From the NCBI GenBank assembly GCA_943788855.1, contig CALSRW010000001.1, forward strand, positions 713,529 through 777,528: a stretch of 64,000 nucleotides of DNA, written 5' to 3'. Below, one piece after another: positions 39,874 through 49,869 of the stretch. The stretch comes from an uncultured Flavobacteriales bacterium (GTDB lineage: Bacteria > Bacteroidota > Bacteroidia > Flavobacteriales_D > Crocinitomicaceae). Numbering within the stretch: position 1 is the first letter of the stretch; each line of letters begins with the position of its first letter. A program made the translations under genes and the position numbers. The notes under the pieces were generated by a model, which saw only the letters and a program-made list of their open reading frames with translations, was not told the DNA's origin and did not search any database.

Positions 39874-42015
39874 TTATCTTACGATAAGCTTCTTTGTATT
39901 CGTGTTGTTGTTATTGTCAGTAAGGTTAATGAAGTACATACCAGCATTTAGGTTTTGCGTGGTGTAGTTGTTTTGTAAGTCAACATCAGCATTCTCAACA
40001 ACTTGACCGTTTGCATTTACAACAGTAAGGTTTGTTACTTCATTGTTGTCCCAAGTCACGGTAGCATAATCACTAGTAGGATTTGGAAACACATTGATGT
40101 TTACAGACTCAAGGTTGTTAACAGAAGCAGTGCTTACGTTTTGGATGGTTTGATCAACCACAACATCACATCCGTTACCATCTATTACCGTTACTTGATA
40201 GAAACCAGCAGGGACACCGAAAAGATCTTCAGAAACGTCTCCTGTATTCCAAGTATAAGAGTAAGGAGCAGTACCGCCTTCAACAGTCAAGTCGATATCT
40301 CCATCAGTTGATGCTGTTGGCTGAACAACATCTAAAGTTGCTGTTAACGCTTGTGATTCCGTTACGTCAAAGCTTCCCCAAACACTACAACCGTTTCCGT
40401 CGGTAATTTTCAATCTGTAAGTACCTGCAGTTAATCCTGTAAGGTCTTCAGTTGTGTCACCCGTTTCCCACTCAAAAGTGTAACCAGGAGTTCCTTCTAT
40501 AATTGTAACGTCAATTGCTCCGTTAGCAGAACCGTTACAAGAAATGTGCTGAACGTCACCAATAAATACTGTAGGAGTAACATCCGCGATTGTGATTGTA
40601 GTATCCTTAGAACATCCAACAGCGTCAGTAATCGTAACTGTGTAATCTCCACCAGCAAGGTCTGTAAGGTTTAAGTCGGTTGCGCCGTTAGACCATACTG
40701 TAGTAAAAGGAGCGTTTCCTCCAACAATATCAATGTCAATTTGACCGCTGTTCGCTGTACAAGCAGAGAAAGAAGTAGCGTTTAAGAACATTTTATTAAA
40801 GTCTTTTGCCATTTCTACCGCTGCAGCAGCGTTCAATCTCCCCTCTCCAATTAAACCTGCATAAGTAGGGTTTAAATCATCAATGAAAGTAGAAGTATTC
40901 TTTAAGATGTATTCGATTTCAATGTTTGTAAGGCAAGGGTTGGCAGCGATCATAAGTCCAACAGTTCCCGCAACAATAGGAGAAGCGTAAGAAGTTCCAG
41001 ATCCTGTAAGGTACCATCCTGGAGCAGCAGTAATAGGCACATCGTATCCTGGAGCACTTAAGTCTACAGAAGCATTGTGTTGGTGAGTTGAATATGGGTT
41101 GCCAATTGTTCTTTCGTGATTGTCATTTTCACCGATACTTGTGACAGCAAATACCTTGTCATAAGCAGAAGGGTAAACCAAGTTTTCTGCACCACCACAA
41201 GTTGAACCGTTTCCTGCAGAAGCAACAATGAAAGTTCCGTTGTTGTATACTTCATTCATTGCATCCTGAAGATACTGGTTGAAAGAGCATCCTGAAGTCC
41301 AGCTTAAGTTTACCACTTTCGCTCCAGCGTAAGAAGCGTCAAGAACTTCATTGTAATTCATTCTGTAAAGAGCCAAAGTACTGTTGTAACCAATCGCGCT
41401 TTTTCCTAAAGTGTTGTTTGTCGCTCCTGCCGCTAAAGTTGCAACTGCAGTACCGTGACCTTGTGAAGCAGTATTGGTGTGATCGTAGTGAACGAACTTT
41501 CCAATAAGATCTTCGTGATTCTCAAAGTAATTCTGGTCAGAAATAGCGATTACGATATTAGAATCTCCTGTTGTAATGTTCCAAGCGTTTTCTGCGCCAA
41601 TTAAGTCAAGAGCCCAAGGACTAGAAACAGATAAATTATAATCATCTGGCGTTTCAAGTGTTTGATATACTGGAGCGTATTCAACTTTAGAAACAACGCT
41701 TACGTTGTTTGTTAATGTTGTATACAAATCAACAACATCACAATCGCAGCTCACTTCGTAAACCTTAGTTAATGAAGCCGTCCTTGATGAAGGAAGGGCT
41801 TTTTGAATGTTTGTAATATTTAATGAAGAAATAGCAGCGTTAAAGTCTGCGTCATTTGAAACAAGAACTCCTGAAGTATTTTCTGTAGGAACATTGTTAC
41901 TGTTCTCTATAGTTAACCATACTTTAGAATCTTGTTGTGAAAATGAAAGCAAAGAAGCCATTGAAAATAGAGCTGCTGTTGCTGTCGTTCTGATTGTGTT
42001 TTTAAAAGTTTTCAT
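39874..42015 (-). CDS. Secreted subtilisin-like (S8) serine protease with SprB-type repeats and T9SS type-A sorting domain
   Basis: GHGTAVATLAAG (His) and GTSYASPIVAG (Ser). Three CxxxxG..D..V.GG..PYTF.W repeats follow. The C-terminus INVFPNPTSDYATVTW...GMYFINL is a sorting tail. I chose MKTFKNTI as the start. Confidence 0.8.
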   Translation of the reverse strand: MKTFKNTIRTTATAALFSMASLLSFSQQDSKVWLTIENSNNVPTENTSGVLVSNDADFNAAISSLNITNIQKALPSSRTASLTKVYEVSCDCDVVDLYTTLTNNVSVVSKVEYAPVYQTLETPDDYNLSVSSPWALDLIGAENAWNITTGDSNIVIAISDQNYFENHEDLIGKFVHYDHTNTASQGHGTAVATLAAGATNNTLGKSAIGYNSTLALYRMNYNEVLDASYAGAKVVNLSWTSGCSFNQYLQDAMNEVYNNGTFIVASAGNGSTCGGAENLVYPSAYDKVFAVTSIGENDNHERTIGNPYSTHQHNASVDLSAPGYDVPITAAPGWYLTGSGTSYASPIVAGTVGLMIAANPCLTNIEIEYILKNTSTFIDDLNPTYAGLIGEGRLNAAAAVEMAKDFNKMFLNATSFSACTANSGQIDIDIVGGNAPFTTVWSNGATDLNLTDLAGGDYTVTITDAVGCSKDTTITIADVTPTVFIGDVQHISCNGSANGAIDVTIIEGTPGYTFEWETGDTTEDLTGLTAGTYRLKITDGNGCSVWGSFDVTESQALTATLDVVQPTASTDGDIDLTVEGGTAPYSYTWNTGDVSEDLFGVPAGFYQVTVIDGNGCDVVVDQTIQNVSTASVNNLESVNINVFPNPTSDYATVTWDNNEVTNLTVVNANGQVVENADVDLQNNYTTQNLNAGMYFINLTDNNNNTNTKKLIVR

Positions 42016-42242
42016 ATCCGTGTGTTTTGTTGTGTGTTTGTTTTCTTGACACAAATCTGCACCTATATATAAGTACCTGAAAGAAAAACTAACGGACAGA
42101 ATGAAAAATACACAAGCCTACGAAACAACCAATACGTAATCGTATCGGTAGTGTTAAGTGCTTATACGTAGATTTGGGGTATTAAGCGATATATATGAAA
42201 CCAAGCGAGAAGGCCCGGCGTAATCCGGATTATGAAGGGGTT

Positions 42243-42764
42243 TTAATTTTTTTTACGCTTCTTTTTAATATCTAGGTCGTTCACCAAAAGAAACTTAACA
42301 GAAAGAAAAAGGTAGTTTAAGTCAAAAGCATCGTTTCTTCTATTTGGTAAAAGAAATTGATACCCTGTAGTAACGTGAAGCTGAAGAACTTTATATCCAA
42401 TAGTAGGTGCAAAACCGTATTTAAAAGAAGAAAAGTCGGATTTTAAAACCCCTTTAACACCATAAGAGAAACCGAGATTGCTCGTTTTAAACCAGTAACC
42501 GATGTCAGATCCAATGACGCTATTGTCTACATCATAGTTTAATGCAAAAAACAAGGCCTGCGTATTTGGTTTTTTTAATTTGAGCTGTTTAGACTGTCTT
42601 TCAACGCCTATTTCTCCTACCCAAAACCGCCCCGTTTGAACACCAAAAAAAGTTCCTGAACGAACCACACGGCCTTTCTTCTTCTTGCCAAAATCAAATA
42701 GGCTTTTTTGAGAGCTTACAGAGAAAGCAAGAAAAAAGAAACAAAAAAACAGTGATTTACTCAT
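42243..42764 (-). CDS. Hypothetical small outer-membrane beta-barrel-like protein
   Basis: Signal peptide MSKSLFFCFFFLAFSVSSQ and alternating aromatic/hydrophilic strands. No family recognised. Confidence 0.4.
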   Translation of the reverse strand: MSKSLFFCFFFLAFSVSSQKSLFDFGKKKKGRVVRSGTFFGVQTGRFWVGEIGVERQSKQLKLKKPNTQALFFALNYDVDNSVIGSDIGYWFKTSNLGFSYGVKGVLKSDFSSFKYGFAPTIGYKVLQLHVTTGYQFLLPNRRNDAFDLNYLFLSVKFLLVNDLDIKKKRKKN

Positions 42765-42782
42765 TTTTAGTACGTGGATTGA

Positions 42783-43289
42783 TCAATCAGTGATGGCATC
42801 GTAGCCAAGAACAAGAGTGTTTTTAACTCCTGGCATAAAGGTTTGCGTATAACCAACAGTAAAATTATAAAACAGAGACTCCTCTTTACTTTTCTTAGAA
42901 ATGAGTCTGTTTGAAGAGTCTAACGGACTGATAATCAAAAACAAGGTTCCGGCAAAAAAACCCCATTTTAAAGCGCCAATGATTGCCCCAAAGACATTGT
43001 TTAATACAGAGGGCCATGCAAACCGAATAGACCTTTCGAATAGCCGCCCCGACATTTTAACCAAAAAATAAACCCCAATAAGAACCAAAACAAAAGCAAG
43101 AAGAGGAACAACAACTCCATCATTTGAAGAAACAAAGAGCAAAGCAATCTGATTTGAAAAATGAAAAGCCACGTAAAAACCCAAAACGACAGCAACAAGT
43201 TGGAAGATGGACATTATTAATCCTTGTTTCCAACCGTAATATGCGCCCACACCAAAGAAAACGCCTATAAATAAATCTAACATGTTCAT
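42783..43289 (-). CDS. cvpA: CvpA family membrane protein
   Basis: MNMLDLFIGVFFGVGAYYGWKQGLI followed by three to four TM helices, the typical CvpA N-terminus. Confidence 0.65.
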   Translation of the reverse strand: MNMLDLFIGVFFGVGAYYGWKQGLIMSIFQLVAVVLGFYVAFHFSNQIALLFVSSNDGVVVPLLAFVLVLIGVYFLVKMSGRLFERSIRFAWPSVLNNVFGAIIGALKWGFFAGTLFLIISPLDSSNRLISKKSKEESLFYNFTVGYTQTFMPGVKNTLVLGYDAITD

Positions 43290-43389
43290 AAAACGAAAAT
43301 AATAAGATATCATACATATGAATAAATAATTAAAATAAAGTTCTCCATATGCACATGTGGTTTATGTCAAAATAATTATCCTTGTGATA

Positions 43390-43845
43390 ATGATTGATCC
43401 ATATAATGACGAATACTTTATGCAGCAGGCCCTACAAGAGGCCAATAAAGCTTTTGAAAAAAACGAGGTGCCTGTTGGCGCCGTTATTGTAAGCAATAAA
43501 CAGGTTATTGCGCGGGCACACAACCTAACTGAACAATTAACGGATGTAACTGCCCATGCGGAAATACAAGCCATTACAGCTGCGTCACAATTTTTAGGCG
43601 CGAAATACTTAAAGGGGTGCACAATGTATGTTACATTGGAGCCCTGTAAAATGTGTGCAGGAGCGCTTTATTGGTCGCAAATTGATAAAGTGATTTTTGG
43701 AACCCGAGACGAAAAAAGAGGGGCGGGGTTATTTTCTCCTCCACTTTACCACCCATCAACCCTTGTTACAAACGGCATAAAAAGGGAGGAGTGTCAAACA
43801 ATTCTAAAGATGTTCTTTAAAAAGAAAAGAAAATCAACCATATAA
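43390..43845 (+). CDS. tadA: tRNA adenosine(34) deaminase TadA
   Basis: HAEIQAI and PCKMCAGAL zinc motifs. The start MIDPYNDEYFMQQALQEA is an internal ATG of the track ORF. Confidence 0.85.
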   Translation: MIDPYNDEYFMQQALQEANKAFEKNEVPVGAVIVSNKQVIARAHNLTEQLTDVTAHAEIQAITAASQFLGAKYLKGCTMYVTLEPCKMCAGALYWSQIDKVIFGTRDEKRGAGLFSPPLYHPSTLVTNGIKREECQTILKMFFKKKRKSTI

Positions 43846-44520
43846 AACATCTTTAATTACTTCAATTGATTTGTTTCGATTATAACCAGGAACATGCTGA
43901 ATAGCATAATTAATGAGTGCATCAAATACTTTTTTAGGGTTTAACAAAACCCTTTCTTGCTCATTAAAAATGAAGTGAATTTCTTCAACGACCACTTTTT
44001 CATGAATCGTTTGAAGCGATGGGCTATTGGGGTTAAAAACACCATTTAAAGGGTCAAAACTCTCTACTGAGCCAGAAGGGTTTAAAGGAGGGTATCCTAA
44101 ATAAGAAATAAGCTCTGCAAGAAAAACAACAGGAAAAGGGCCAGTCTTATCCACTTGCTTCAATTTTAAAACTTGGGTTTTTATAAAATCAAAAAACGTC
44201 GAGTCCGTTCCGCAATTTACCAAAATAGATTTGTAACTGTCAGACATAAAAAAAGCGATTAAAACCTTTTGAGGAGAACAATAAATCTCATCTAAAGGAA
44301 TCGTTCTTTCTAGATCTACAACAGTTTGAAGTCCGCTTTCAGACTGTCGATATATTGTGAAATTATAAAACCCAAGAATAGAGGGTTTGGTTCGCTTTTT
44401 TTTGCCCCCTTTAATAATTCCGTTTTGAACACCGTTTTCTTTAGAAAAGAAACAAACCCAAAGACTACTCTCAGAATAGTTTTTAAGCTCTAATACGATT
44501 ACCTCTACAACTGTTTTCAA
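43834..44520 (-). CDS. recO: DNA repair protein RecO (probable)
   Basis: The size and the N-terminal OB-fold-like pattern (VIVLELKNYSESSLWVCFFSKENG) fit Bacteroidota RecO. TTG start. The assignment rests on resemblance only. Confidence 0.5.
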   Translation of the reverse strand: MKTVVEVIVLELKNYSESSLWVCFFSKENGVQNGIIKGGKKKRTKPSILGFYNFTIYRQSESGLQTVVDLERTIPLDEIYCSPQKVLIAFFMSDSYKSILVNCGTDSTFFDFIKTQVLKLKQVDKTGPFPVVFLAELISYLGYPPLNPSGSVESFDPLNGVFNPNSPSLQTIHEKVVVEEIHFIFNEQERVLLNPKKVFDALINYAIQHVPGYNRNKSIEVIKDVLYG

Positions 44521-44535
44521 TGACTAGCGGGTTTT

Positions 44536-46986
44536 TTACCTTCTCTTGGGACGAAAGTCAATCTTATAATAAAAAATAGGCAAACGCCCGAGCTGGTTTT
44601 TCTGCGCTGTGGGTTGATAGCCAGGACTATTATAAACCGCAGGGTCTAAACTTGGAGCATAAGCAAGGCCCAAAACGTTCGTTGTATTTAAGACGTTTAC
44701 GAGGTCTATTCCGATTTCGTGAGAGGATTTTTCAGCATTCATTCTCCAGCTCAGCTTTAAGTCTATTCTAAAGTAATCATCAAAAGAAAGGTCATTAAAT
44801 TGATTGTCTTGAAAAATAATTTCTTTAAAAGCCTCGGTTTGTTCAATATCCACAAGCCCATACCTTTTACCTCCAGCACGTGTAAGTTTTAAGCCGATTC
44901 CTATCGTGTTTTTCGCCCCCAGTTTAAATTCTTTTCCAGCAAGAAGATTAAAAACGTAGCTTCCATTATATGATGTGCTTCGAAGAACATTATCGCTTCC
45001 TCTATATTTAGAGTCATATAGAGTCCCGGAAAAAAGAAAGAAAAAGCTCTTGTCGAAATATTTTTGAATCGTAAGCTCCAACCCATAATTATATCCCGTT
45101 CCGGTGTTTTGTAGTGAATCAGGAAATATTCGAGCAAAACCACTACCCATATTGATCATCGAAAAAGAGGATTCTCGAATTGTAACCGGCACCTGATATA
45201 AGTATTGATAATATAATTCCGTTTTAATACTAAAACCCTGACCGAAAAACTTTTCATAGCCTAATCCAGAGTGAACACTCCGCATAAAGCCCATGTCTTT
45301 GTTGTGATATATTTTATCACCATTATTAACCGTAAGGTGATAGGTATACGTGTATAAGGGTTGAGCTTGACTATGCATGCCCGCCCCTGCAAATATAGCT
45401 TGGTTGTTTTTAAGGCGGTATTTAATGCCCGCTCTTGGTTCTGCAGGGCTAAAAGCGTTTCCGAAAGAGAAATATTGACTGTGAAGCCCTAGGGTCATGT
45501 CTAAATTATCGGTGGCGCGATATTTCCATTGAACAAAGGGTTGAACCATAACGGCTGAACTATTATTGTCCCAACGATTAACAAACTGGTTGGGCACATC
45601 TAAATCTGAGAGGACCGAGTCGAGTTGATGAAAAAGGAAAAGGTCTGCGTTTATGCCGAATTTAATCAAGTGTTTCTTGTTTATTTTGTGGTTTAGAGAA
45701 AAATACCCAGAAGTCTTAATCGTTTCAAACTCATAACCCATCATGGGGTATATAGAGTCGACGACAATTGAGGTATCGCTTCCATTTATTCCAAGAGATC
45801 GCTTGAGATAATTGTGGCGAGAGTGTTGTTCATCAAAAGAAACAGCAACCGTAGCAGAGACAAAGGTTTTTTCGTTGACGGGTTTTTTATAATTCAAACC
45901 ACTTACAAACATTGAGGTGCCAAAATACTGATCCCTATCCCCTTCTCCGTAAAACTCAGAAGAGTAATCCGTTTGTTCAGAGATTTTTATATCAATATTA
46001 CTTTTACCCCCTATTCCAAACCAACATAGCTGCCCTCCTTTTTTGAGAGGAAAATTAAACTTAAACGAAGCGTCTCCATATTGAGGCACGGCGTCTGTAC
46101 CAATTTTAATTCCAATTGCTTGAAAAAGAGACAGGGATGAATATCGTCCCATTACTAGATAGCTTGACTTCCCTTTTTTAGATAGCGGACCTTCTGCCAC
46201 AAACTCAGTCCCTAAAAACCCAAACTGACCTGTAAATTCATGTCGATTGTTATTCCCATTTCTAAGCTTTAAATCAAAAACCCCCGATGTGCTATTTCCA
46301 TATTCTGCAGGAAAAGCACTCATAAAAAAATCTGAATTTGATAAAAGCTTGTTGTTTAAAATAGAAACAGGGCCTCCAGAACTGCCTGAAATGGCAAAAT
46401 GTGAAGGGTTGGGAATATCTACACCCTCAACTCGCCAAACAACACCGAGAGGACTGTTTCCCCTAATGACGATGTCGTTTCTAGAATCATCTGAGCCCTG
46501 TACCCCGGCAAAGTTTGATGCCATACGTGCTGGGTCCATTCTTGACCCTGGATAGCGATTTGTTTCCTCGACACTAAATTGTTGAGCAGAAATTAAAGCA
46601 AGTTCATTAATGACCATTCCTTGTTTTCTGGCACGAACTACTATTTCTTCTTGCTCTGTGATAAGCTCAATTAATGGCAGGTTTATTACAAGCTCTTTAC
46701 CAGAGGAAACCTCTATGGTTTTGTTTTGATTCATATACATAGCGAACGAACCAATTAGAGTGTGTTTTCCAACAGGAACTTTTTCAAAGAGGAACTCACC
46801 GTTAAAGTCTGTTGCAGCCCTATAGGAAGAAAGCTCCTCTCCCTCTACGATAATTTCAACTTTTACCCCGGTTAATGGAAACTGAGATTCGCTGTCAAAA
46901 ACGCTTCCACGAACAGTTTGTGAAGGTGCTTGGCTAAAAGTTGAAAACGAAAAGAATAAGAATAGGATAAAGAAAGAGGTTTTCAT
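44536..46986 (-). CDS. TonB-dependent receptor with N-terminal carboxypeptidase-regulatory-like domain
   Basis: Signal peptide MKTSFFILFLFFSFSTFSQ, the CarbopepD_reg-like GSVFDSESQFPLTGVKVEI, the plug motif IVIRGNSPLGVVWRVEGVDI and a long beta-barrel. Confidence 0.75.
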   Translation of the reverse strand: MKTSFFILFLFFSFSTFSQAPSQTVRGSVFDSESQFPLTGVKVEIIVEGEELSSYRAATDFNGEFLFEKVPVGKHTLIGSFAMYMNQNKTIEVSSGKELVINLPLIELITEQEEIVVRARKQGMVINELALISAQQFSVEETNRYPGSRMDPARMASNFAGVQGSDDSRNDIVIRGNSPLGVVWRVEGVDIPNPSHFAISGSSGGPVSILNNKLLSNSDFFMSAFPAEYGNSTSGVFDLKLRNGNNNRHEFTGQFGFLGTEFVAEGPLSKKGKSSYLVMGRYSSLSLFQAIGIKIGTDAVPQYGDASFKFNFPLKKGGQLCWFGIGGKSNIDIKISEQTDYSSEFYGEGDRDQYFGTSMFVSGLNYKKPVNEKTFVSATVAVSFDEQHSRHNYLKRSLGINGSDTSIVVDSIYPMMGYEFETIKTSGYFSLNHKINKKHLIKFGINADLFLFHQLDSVLSDLDVPNQFVNRWDNNSSAVMVQPFVQWKYRATDNLDMTLGLHSQYFSFGNAFSPAEPRAGIKYRLKNNQAIFAGAGMHSQAQPLYTYTYHLTVNNGDKIYHNKDMGFMRSVHSGLGYEKFFGQGFSIKTELYYQYLYQVPVTIRESSFSMINMGSGFARIFPDSLQNTGTGYNYGLELTIQKYFDKSFFFLFSGTLYDSKYRGSDNVLRSTSYNGSYVFNLLAGKEFKLGAKNTIGIGLKLTRAGGKRYGLVDIEQTEAFKEIIFQDNQFNDLSFDDYFRIDLKLSWRMNAEKSSHEIGIDLVNVLNTTNVLGLAYAPSLDPAVYNSPGYQPTAQKNQLGRLPIFYYKIDFRPKRR

Positions 46987-47135
46987 GTAATTGTATTTGT
47001 GACGAAAGTACAATGTTTTTTTAATAAGAATAAAACCCAATTTGCGTGAAAAAGGATATTTCATTCAAGAAATACAGTTTAGCACGATGTTTGATTGAAA
47101 CACATAAAATGATTAATTTCGAAAAAAAAAGCAAA

Positions 47136-47603
47136 ATGAAAAACTTAACTCTAAGCCTACTATTTATAACCTTTGCAAGCGTGTCTTTTTCACAAGAAAA
47201 ACTAGTTTGGCACGAAGACCTCAATGAGGCCGTTGCAATCTCTCAGAAAGAAAACAAACCACTTATGCTGTTTTTTACAGGAAGCGATTGGTGTGGATGG
47301 TGTATCAGACTTCAGAAAGAAGTTTTCTTTAAACCAGAATTTACCAAATGGGCAAGCGAAAACGTAGTTCTTGTTGAATTAGATTATCCAAGAAAAAAAG
47401 CACAGTCGAAAGAGTTAAAAGCTCAAAACTCCCAACTTCAACAACAGTTTCAGGTAAGAGGATATCCAACGATTTGGTTTGTTAAGGCAGAGAAAAATTC
47501 TTCAGGACAAATGAACTTAAGTCAGATAGGCAAGACAGGATACGTTAAAGGAGGCCCATCAGTATGGATTTCTGGTGCAACTCAAATTTTAGGACGTAAA
47601 TAA
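47136..47603 (+). CDS. Thioredoxin-like (Thioredoxin_7/DUF255-type) secreted protein
   Basis: Signal peptide, then LMLFFTGSDWCGWCIRLQKEVF (CGWC motif). Confidence 0.7.
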   Translation: MKNLTLSLLFITFASVSFSQEKLVWHEDLNEAVAISQKENKPLMLFFTGSDWCGWCIRLQKEVFFKPEFTKWASENVVLVELDYPRKKAQSKELKAQNSQLQQQFQVRGYPTIWFVKAEKNSSGQMNLSQIGKTGYVKGGPSVWISGATQILGRK

Positions 47604-48062
47604 CGACGAAAAATCAACACAGTCAAAGTCTTCGCCTGAATATCCTTTAGAAGAAAGAAAGCGTAAAACTTTCCCTTTTTTTTCAAATGCACTCAACCCT
47701 TCTTTTAGGGTGAGCGCTTTTTTTTCAGCTAAACCACTTAGGTTTTGATTGTATTTTTCCTTAGGAATGTTTTGAAGCCCCTGATCAATAAGCTCTTTTG
47801 ATATTTTATGTTGAATGAGACCCGATCTTATTTTTTGTTTCCCCCACTTCTTAAGGTTTACCTTACCTTGTATAAACGATTCAACAAAACGATTCTGATT
47901 TAAAAAACCATCTGACCTCAACGAGGAAATGAGAAGCTCAATTTTTTCATCTTCAACGATAAAGGTTTTTATTTTTTTTTGGACCTCGTAAACAGAGCGC
48001 TCTTGATAGGCACAATATCTTTCAAGCTTAGACTTTATTTCACTAAACTCTAAGAGGCCCAC
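47589..48062 (-). CDS. recX: Regulatory protein RecX
   Basis: LERYCAYQERSVYEVQKKI is typical of the Bacteroidota RecX N-terminus. The protein is a three-repeat helical type of ~157 aa. GTG start. Confidence 0.65.
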   Translation of the reverse strand: MGLLEFSEIKSKLERYCAYQERSVYEVQKKIKTFIVEDEKIELLISSLRSDGFLNQNRFVESFIQGKVNLKKWGKQKIRSGLIQHKISKELIDQGLQNIPKEKYNQNLSGLAEKKALTLKEGLSAFEKKGKVLRFLSSKGYSGEDFDCVDFSSLFTS

Positions 48063-48066
48063 TTGA

Positions 48067-49614
48067 TTATACTTTTATCTTTTTATTCTTTTTATTTCTA
48101 AAAGAATATTCTAAAAGTTTGTATGATGACAATCCACGAATAGGCACCCACTTTTTATACTTAAAAAACCACTTAATTTGTTTAGACATGAGGCCTTTTG
48201 TAAAATAAGCTTCTAAATATGGGTGAACAAGAAGGGTTATGGGGCCAGGTTTGTTTTTAGACATTAAGTATTCTAAATTAGACTCAATTTCCTCGGCAAA
48301 CAAGATACTTGCTTGTATTTCTCCAGTTCCTTTACATGTAGGACAAGCCTCCCCTGTTTTGATGTCTGTTTCTGGTCTGACACGTTGACGTGTAATTTCA
48401 ACAACACCAAACCTTGATGGGGGAGCAATGTTATGCTTTGCACGGTCCGGCTTCATGTACTCTTTGAGTTTCTCAAGTAAGAGTTTATTATTCTTCTTAT
48501 CGTGCATATCAATAAAGTCGACACAAATAATACCGCCCATGTCTCTTAATTGTAATACGCGCGCTATTTCTTCTGCTGCCTCAACATTGGTCGCTAAAGC
48601 GTTAGACTCTTGACCATCTGCACCTTTTCGATTACCGCTATTCACATCGATGACGTGCATCGCCTCAGTGTGTTCAATAATAAGGTATCCACCGCTATTT
48701 AATGGAACCTTTTTCCCAAATAAAGTTTTGATTTGTTTACTAATACCAAAACGCTCAAAAACATCGAGTTTTCCACTGTAGTGCTTGACGATTTTTTCTT
48801 TTCCAGGAGCAATAGAAGAAACGTATTCTTTGATTTCATCATACATCACGTCATTATTGACATGAATATTGGCAAAATCACCATTTAACAAATCCCTCAA
48901 CATAGAAGAGGTTCTATTGATTTCTCCTAGCAGTTTTTTTGGTCCGCGAGAACCCTTAATGTTTCCGTACATCTCGCGCCACTTTTCAAGAAGTTGGTTG
49001 ATGTCGTTTTCAAGCTCTTCTGATGACTTGTTTTCTGCAACAGTTCGAATAATCACACCAAAATTCTTTGGAGTAATCTTCTGCATTATGTTTTTTAAAC
49101 GAGTACGCTCTTCTTTTTCTTTAATTTTTTGAGAAATAGAAACTTTCTCAGAAAAAGGAACAAGAACCAAGTATCTTCCTGCAATAGTAACTTCAGAGCA
49201 CAATCTTGGTCCTTTAGCTGAAATAGGCTCTTTTGCAACCTGAACAAGAATGGATTGGGAAGAAGAAAGCACCTCTGCAATCTTGCCTTCTTTTTCTATT
49301 TCTTTTTCAAGTTTAAAATAGCGCAAATCAGGCACATTTTGCTTACCCCTCAAGGTGTTTTTACAAAAATGAGCAAATGAGTTATATTGTGGACCAAGGT
49401 CTAGGTAATGCAAAAAAGCATCTTTTTCATAGCCCACATCAACGAAAGCAGCGTTCAGACTAGGAACAACACGCCTTACTTTTCCTAAATAAATATCCCC
49501 GACCGAAAAATCTGTTCCGCCCTTATCTTCATGTAGCTCTATGAGTCTACCGTCTTTTAATAAGGCAATCCAGTTTTCATTTGATCGTGAATCAACAACA
49601 ATTTCTAATTTCAC
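48067..49614 (-). CDS. rng: Ribonuclease E/G family (RNase G)
   Basis: S1 domain GDIYLGKVRRVVPSLNAAFVDVG and the catalytic region IIEHTEAMHVIDVNSG...GGIICVDFIDM. GTG start. Confidence 0.85.
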   Translation of the reverse strand: MKLEIVVDSRSNENWIALLKDGRLIELHEDKGGTDFSVGDIYLGKVRRVVPSLNAAFVDVGYEKDAFLHYLDLGPQYNSFAHFCKNTLRGKQNVPDLRYFKLEKEIEKEGKIAEVLSSSQSILVQVAKEPISAKGPRLCSEVTIAGRYLVLVPFSEKVSISQKIKEKEERTRLKNIMQKITPKNFGVIIRTVAENKSSEELENDINQLLEKWREMYGNIKGSRGPKKLLGEINRTSSMLRDLLNGDFANIHVNNDVMYDEIKEYVSSIAPGKEKIVKHYSGKLDVFERFGISKQIKTLFGKKVPLNSGGYLIIEHTEAMHVIDVNSGNRKGADGQESNALATNVEAAEEIARVLQLRDMGGIICVDFIDMHDKKNNKLLLEKLKEYMKPDRAKHNIAPPSRFGVVEITRQRVRPETDIKTGEACPTCKGTGEIQASILFAEEIESNLEYLMSKNKPGPITLLVHPYLEAYFTKGLMSKQIKWFFKYKKWVPIRGLSSYKLLEYSFRNKKNKKIKV

Positions 49615-49686
49615 AAAAAAATGAGTTTAATGATACAAAAATGTCCAGTCTAAACCTTTAGCTGGTCTTTATTTCAGCGAATCAAA

Positions 49687-49779
49687 CTACTTTTTCTTTT
49701 TGTGACGATTTTTTCTTAGGCGTTTCTTTCTTTTGTGAGTCGCCATTTTATGTCTTTTTCTTTTTTTACCGCTTGGCAT
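49687..49779 (-). CDS. Small highly basic protein, ribosomal bS22 / AURKAIP1-COX24-like (30 aa)
   Basis: Not in the ORF track because it is shorter than 60 aa. The minus-strand ATG at 49779 reads MPSGKKRKRHKMATHKRKKRLRKNRHKKKK*. This matches the conserved Bacteroidota mini-protein as I remember it. Confidence 0.65.
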   Translation of the reverse strand: MPSGKKRKRHKMATHKRKKRLRKNRHKKKK

Positions 49780-49811
49780 AATATATATTTTAATGTTTTT
49801 ATTTCTTTTTC

Positions 49812-49838
49812 AAAAAAAATGCACCCCGAAAGGAGTGC
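49812..49838 (-). terminator. Intrinsic terminator downstream of hup
   Basis: On the minus strand GCACTCC-TTTC-GGGGTGC (7-bp stem including one G-U pair) is followed by A and a run of eight T. Confidence 0.75.
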
Positions 49839-49869
49839 AAAGCTATGAAATATATTTTAATATTCCTTT

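Noticed and set aside
42055-42242. Small hairpins (ATACG-taat-CGTAT near 42130, CCGG...CCGG near 42215) as a terminator or sRNA between the small OMP gene and the S8 protease gene.
   Set aside because: The stems are only 4-5 bp, there is no U-tract on the relevant strand, and the features are indistinguishable from chance.
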